A stretch of 64,000 nt of DNA, taken from contig JBBIPC010000015.1 in assembly GCA_037443035.1 (NCBI GenBank), forward strand, positions 1 through 64,000, in the 5' to 3' direction. The position numbers and the translations under genes are program-made. This DNA is from Chthonomonadales bacterium (GTDB lineage: Bacteria > Armatimonadota > Chthonomonadetes > Chthonomonadales > CAJBBX01). Below the pieces are notes generated by a model, which had not been told where the DNA came from, did not search any database, and was given only the letters and a program-made list of their open reading frames with translations. Shown piece after piece: positions 63,248-64,000 of the stretch (positions are counted from its first letter, which is position 1; the number at the start of each line of letters is the position of its first letter).

Positions 63248-64000
63248 ATGGAACCAATGACGGGAGTGCTCGTCGGCTTCATCGTCTGGTTTCTGGTGCG
63301 CTACGGGGTCGCCGGTTTCTACACGGTTGGCCCCAACGAGCGTGCTGTGAAAACCAGGTTCGGGAGAGCCGATCGCATCCCCAACAAGACAACGCTCGAT
63401 GATCCGATCTCCGAGCACTTGACGGAAGAGGAGAAGCCCCGCTACGCTTACCCACTGGTGCGGGTCATACAGCCGGGAGGCCCCTACTGGAGATGGCCGT
63501 GGGAGCGAGTGCACAAGGTCTCTGTGGCGGTCCAGACCATGAACATGGCCCAGGACCTGGAAGATCCGACGGCTAATCACAACGGCACGATGCTGGAAGC
63601 CGTAACCAAGGACCAGCTCAACGTCGGTCTCACCGGCCAGATTCGGTTTCGCGTCTCCGAGCGCAACCTATATGCCTATCTGTTCGGGGTGAAGCGTCCC
63701 ATCATTCACGTCATGGGCTACTTCGTGGCCGTGCTGCGTGAGCGCATCGCCAACTACGAAGCTCCCAACGCCGAAGGAGCCGACACAGTCTCGGCGGACG
63801 CGAGTGTAACAGGCATCTCCATCAACGACCTGCGCAAGAACCTGCGCGACATCAACGACCACATGGAGCGGGAATGCCGCTCAGCCGAGGCTCGGTACGG
63901 AATCGCCTTCGATGCCTCGCTCATTACGGGCATCGATCCCCCGGCGGAGGTGGAGTCCGCCCTGGCCGCCATCAACACTGCACATAACCAGGTCTCTTCG
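63248..64000 (+). CDS. SPFH/band-7 domain membrane protein (partial, runs off the window)
   Basis: Absent from the ORF track because it has no stop. RBS AAGGAGG, MEPMTGVLVGFIVWFLVRY helix, GFYTVGPNERAVKTRFG, PGGPYWRWPWERV, AVTKDQLNV, ITGIDPPAEV. Confidence 0.88.
   Translation, partial: MEPMTGVLVGFIVWFLVRYGVAGFYTVGPNERAVKTRFGRADRIPNKTTLDDPISEHLTEEEKPRYAYPLVRVIQPGGPYWRWPWERVHKVSVAVQTMNMAQDLEDPTANHNGTMLEAVTKDQLNVGLTGQIRFRVSERNLYAYLFGVKRPIIHVMGYFVAVLRERIANYEAPNAEGADTVSADASVTGISINDLRKNLRDINDHMERECRSAEARYGIAFDASLITGIDPPAEVESALAAINTAHNQVSS

Overview
GC-rich bacterial chromosomal window. Several prepilin-type/H-X9-DG (DUF1559-like) genes and many secreted carbohydrate-active proteins suggest Armatimonadota or a similar lineage (inference, not a database result). 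Housekeeping genes (greA-lysS-pcm, thrC-thrB, mscL, smc, metY, trxB-holB, nth, mnmG) are interleaved with glycan-related genes (sulfatase, GH50-like, GH51, DUF2961/GH172, TIM-barrel isomerases), NDP-sugar genes and secreted proteases. No rRNA, tRNA, CRISPR array, integrase or transposase was recognised. Best candidates for undescribed systems: (1) a tightly spaced pair of a non-DnaK Hsp70-TPR protein and a compact UvrD-like SF1 helicase (45528-49153), a possible conflict/defence or stress module; (2) three separately promoted DUF1559-type pilins with three small single-pass membrane peptides and a small lipoprotein (29344-33636); (3) a Q-loop-less cytochrome bd-like subunit fused to a c-heme domain with a non-CydB partner (37754-40161); (4) a DUF2961 glycosidase ending in a GspG/pseudopilin-like tail. 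A REP-like repeat family and several candidate operators and structured leaders are also visible. Many start codons were moved from the ORF track using RBS and family N-termini. All family calls come from motif recognition by eye.
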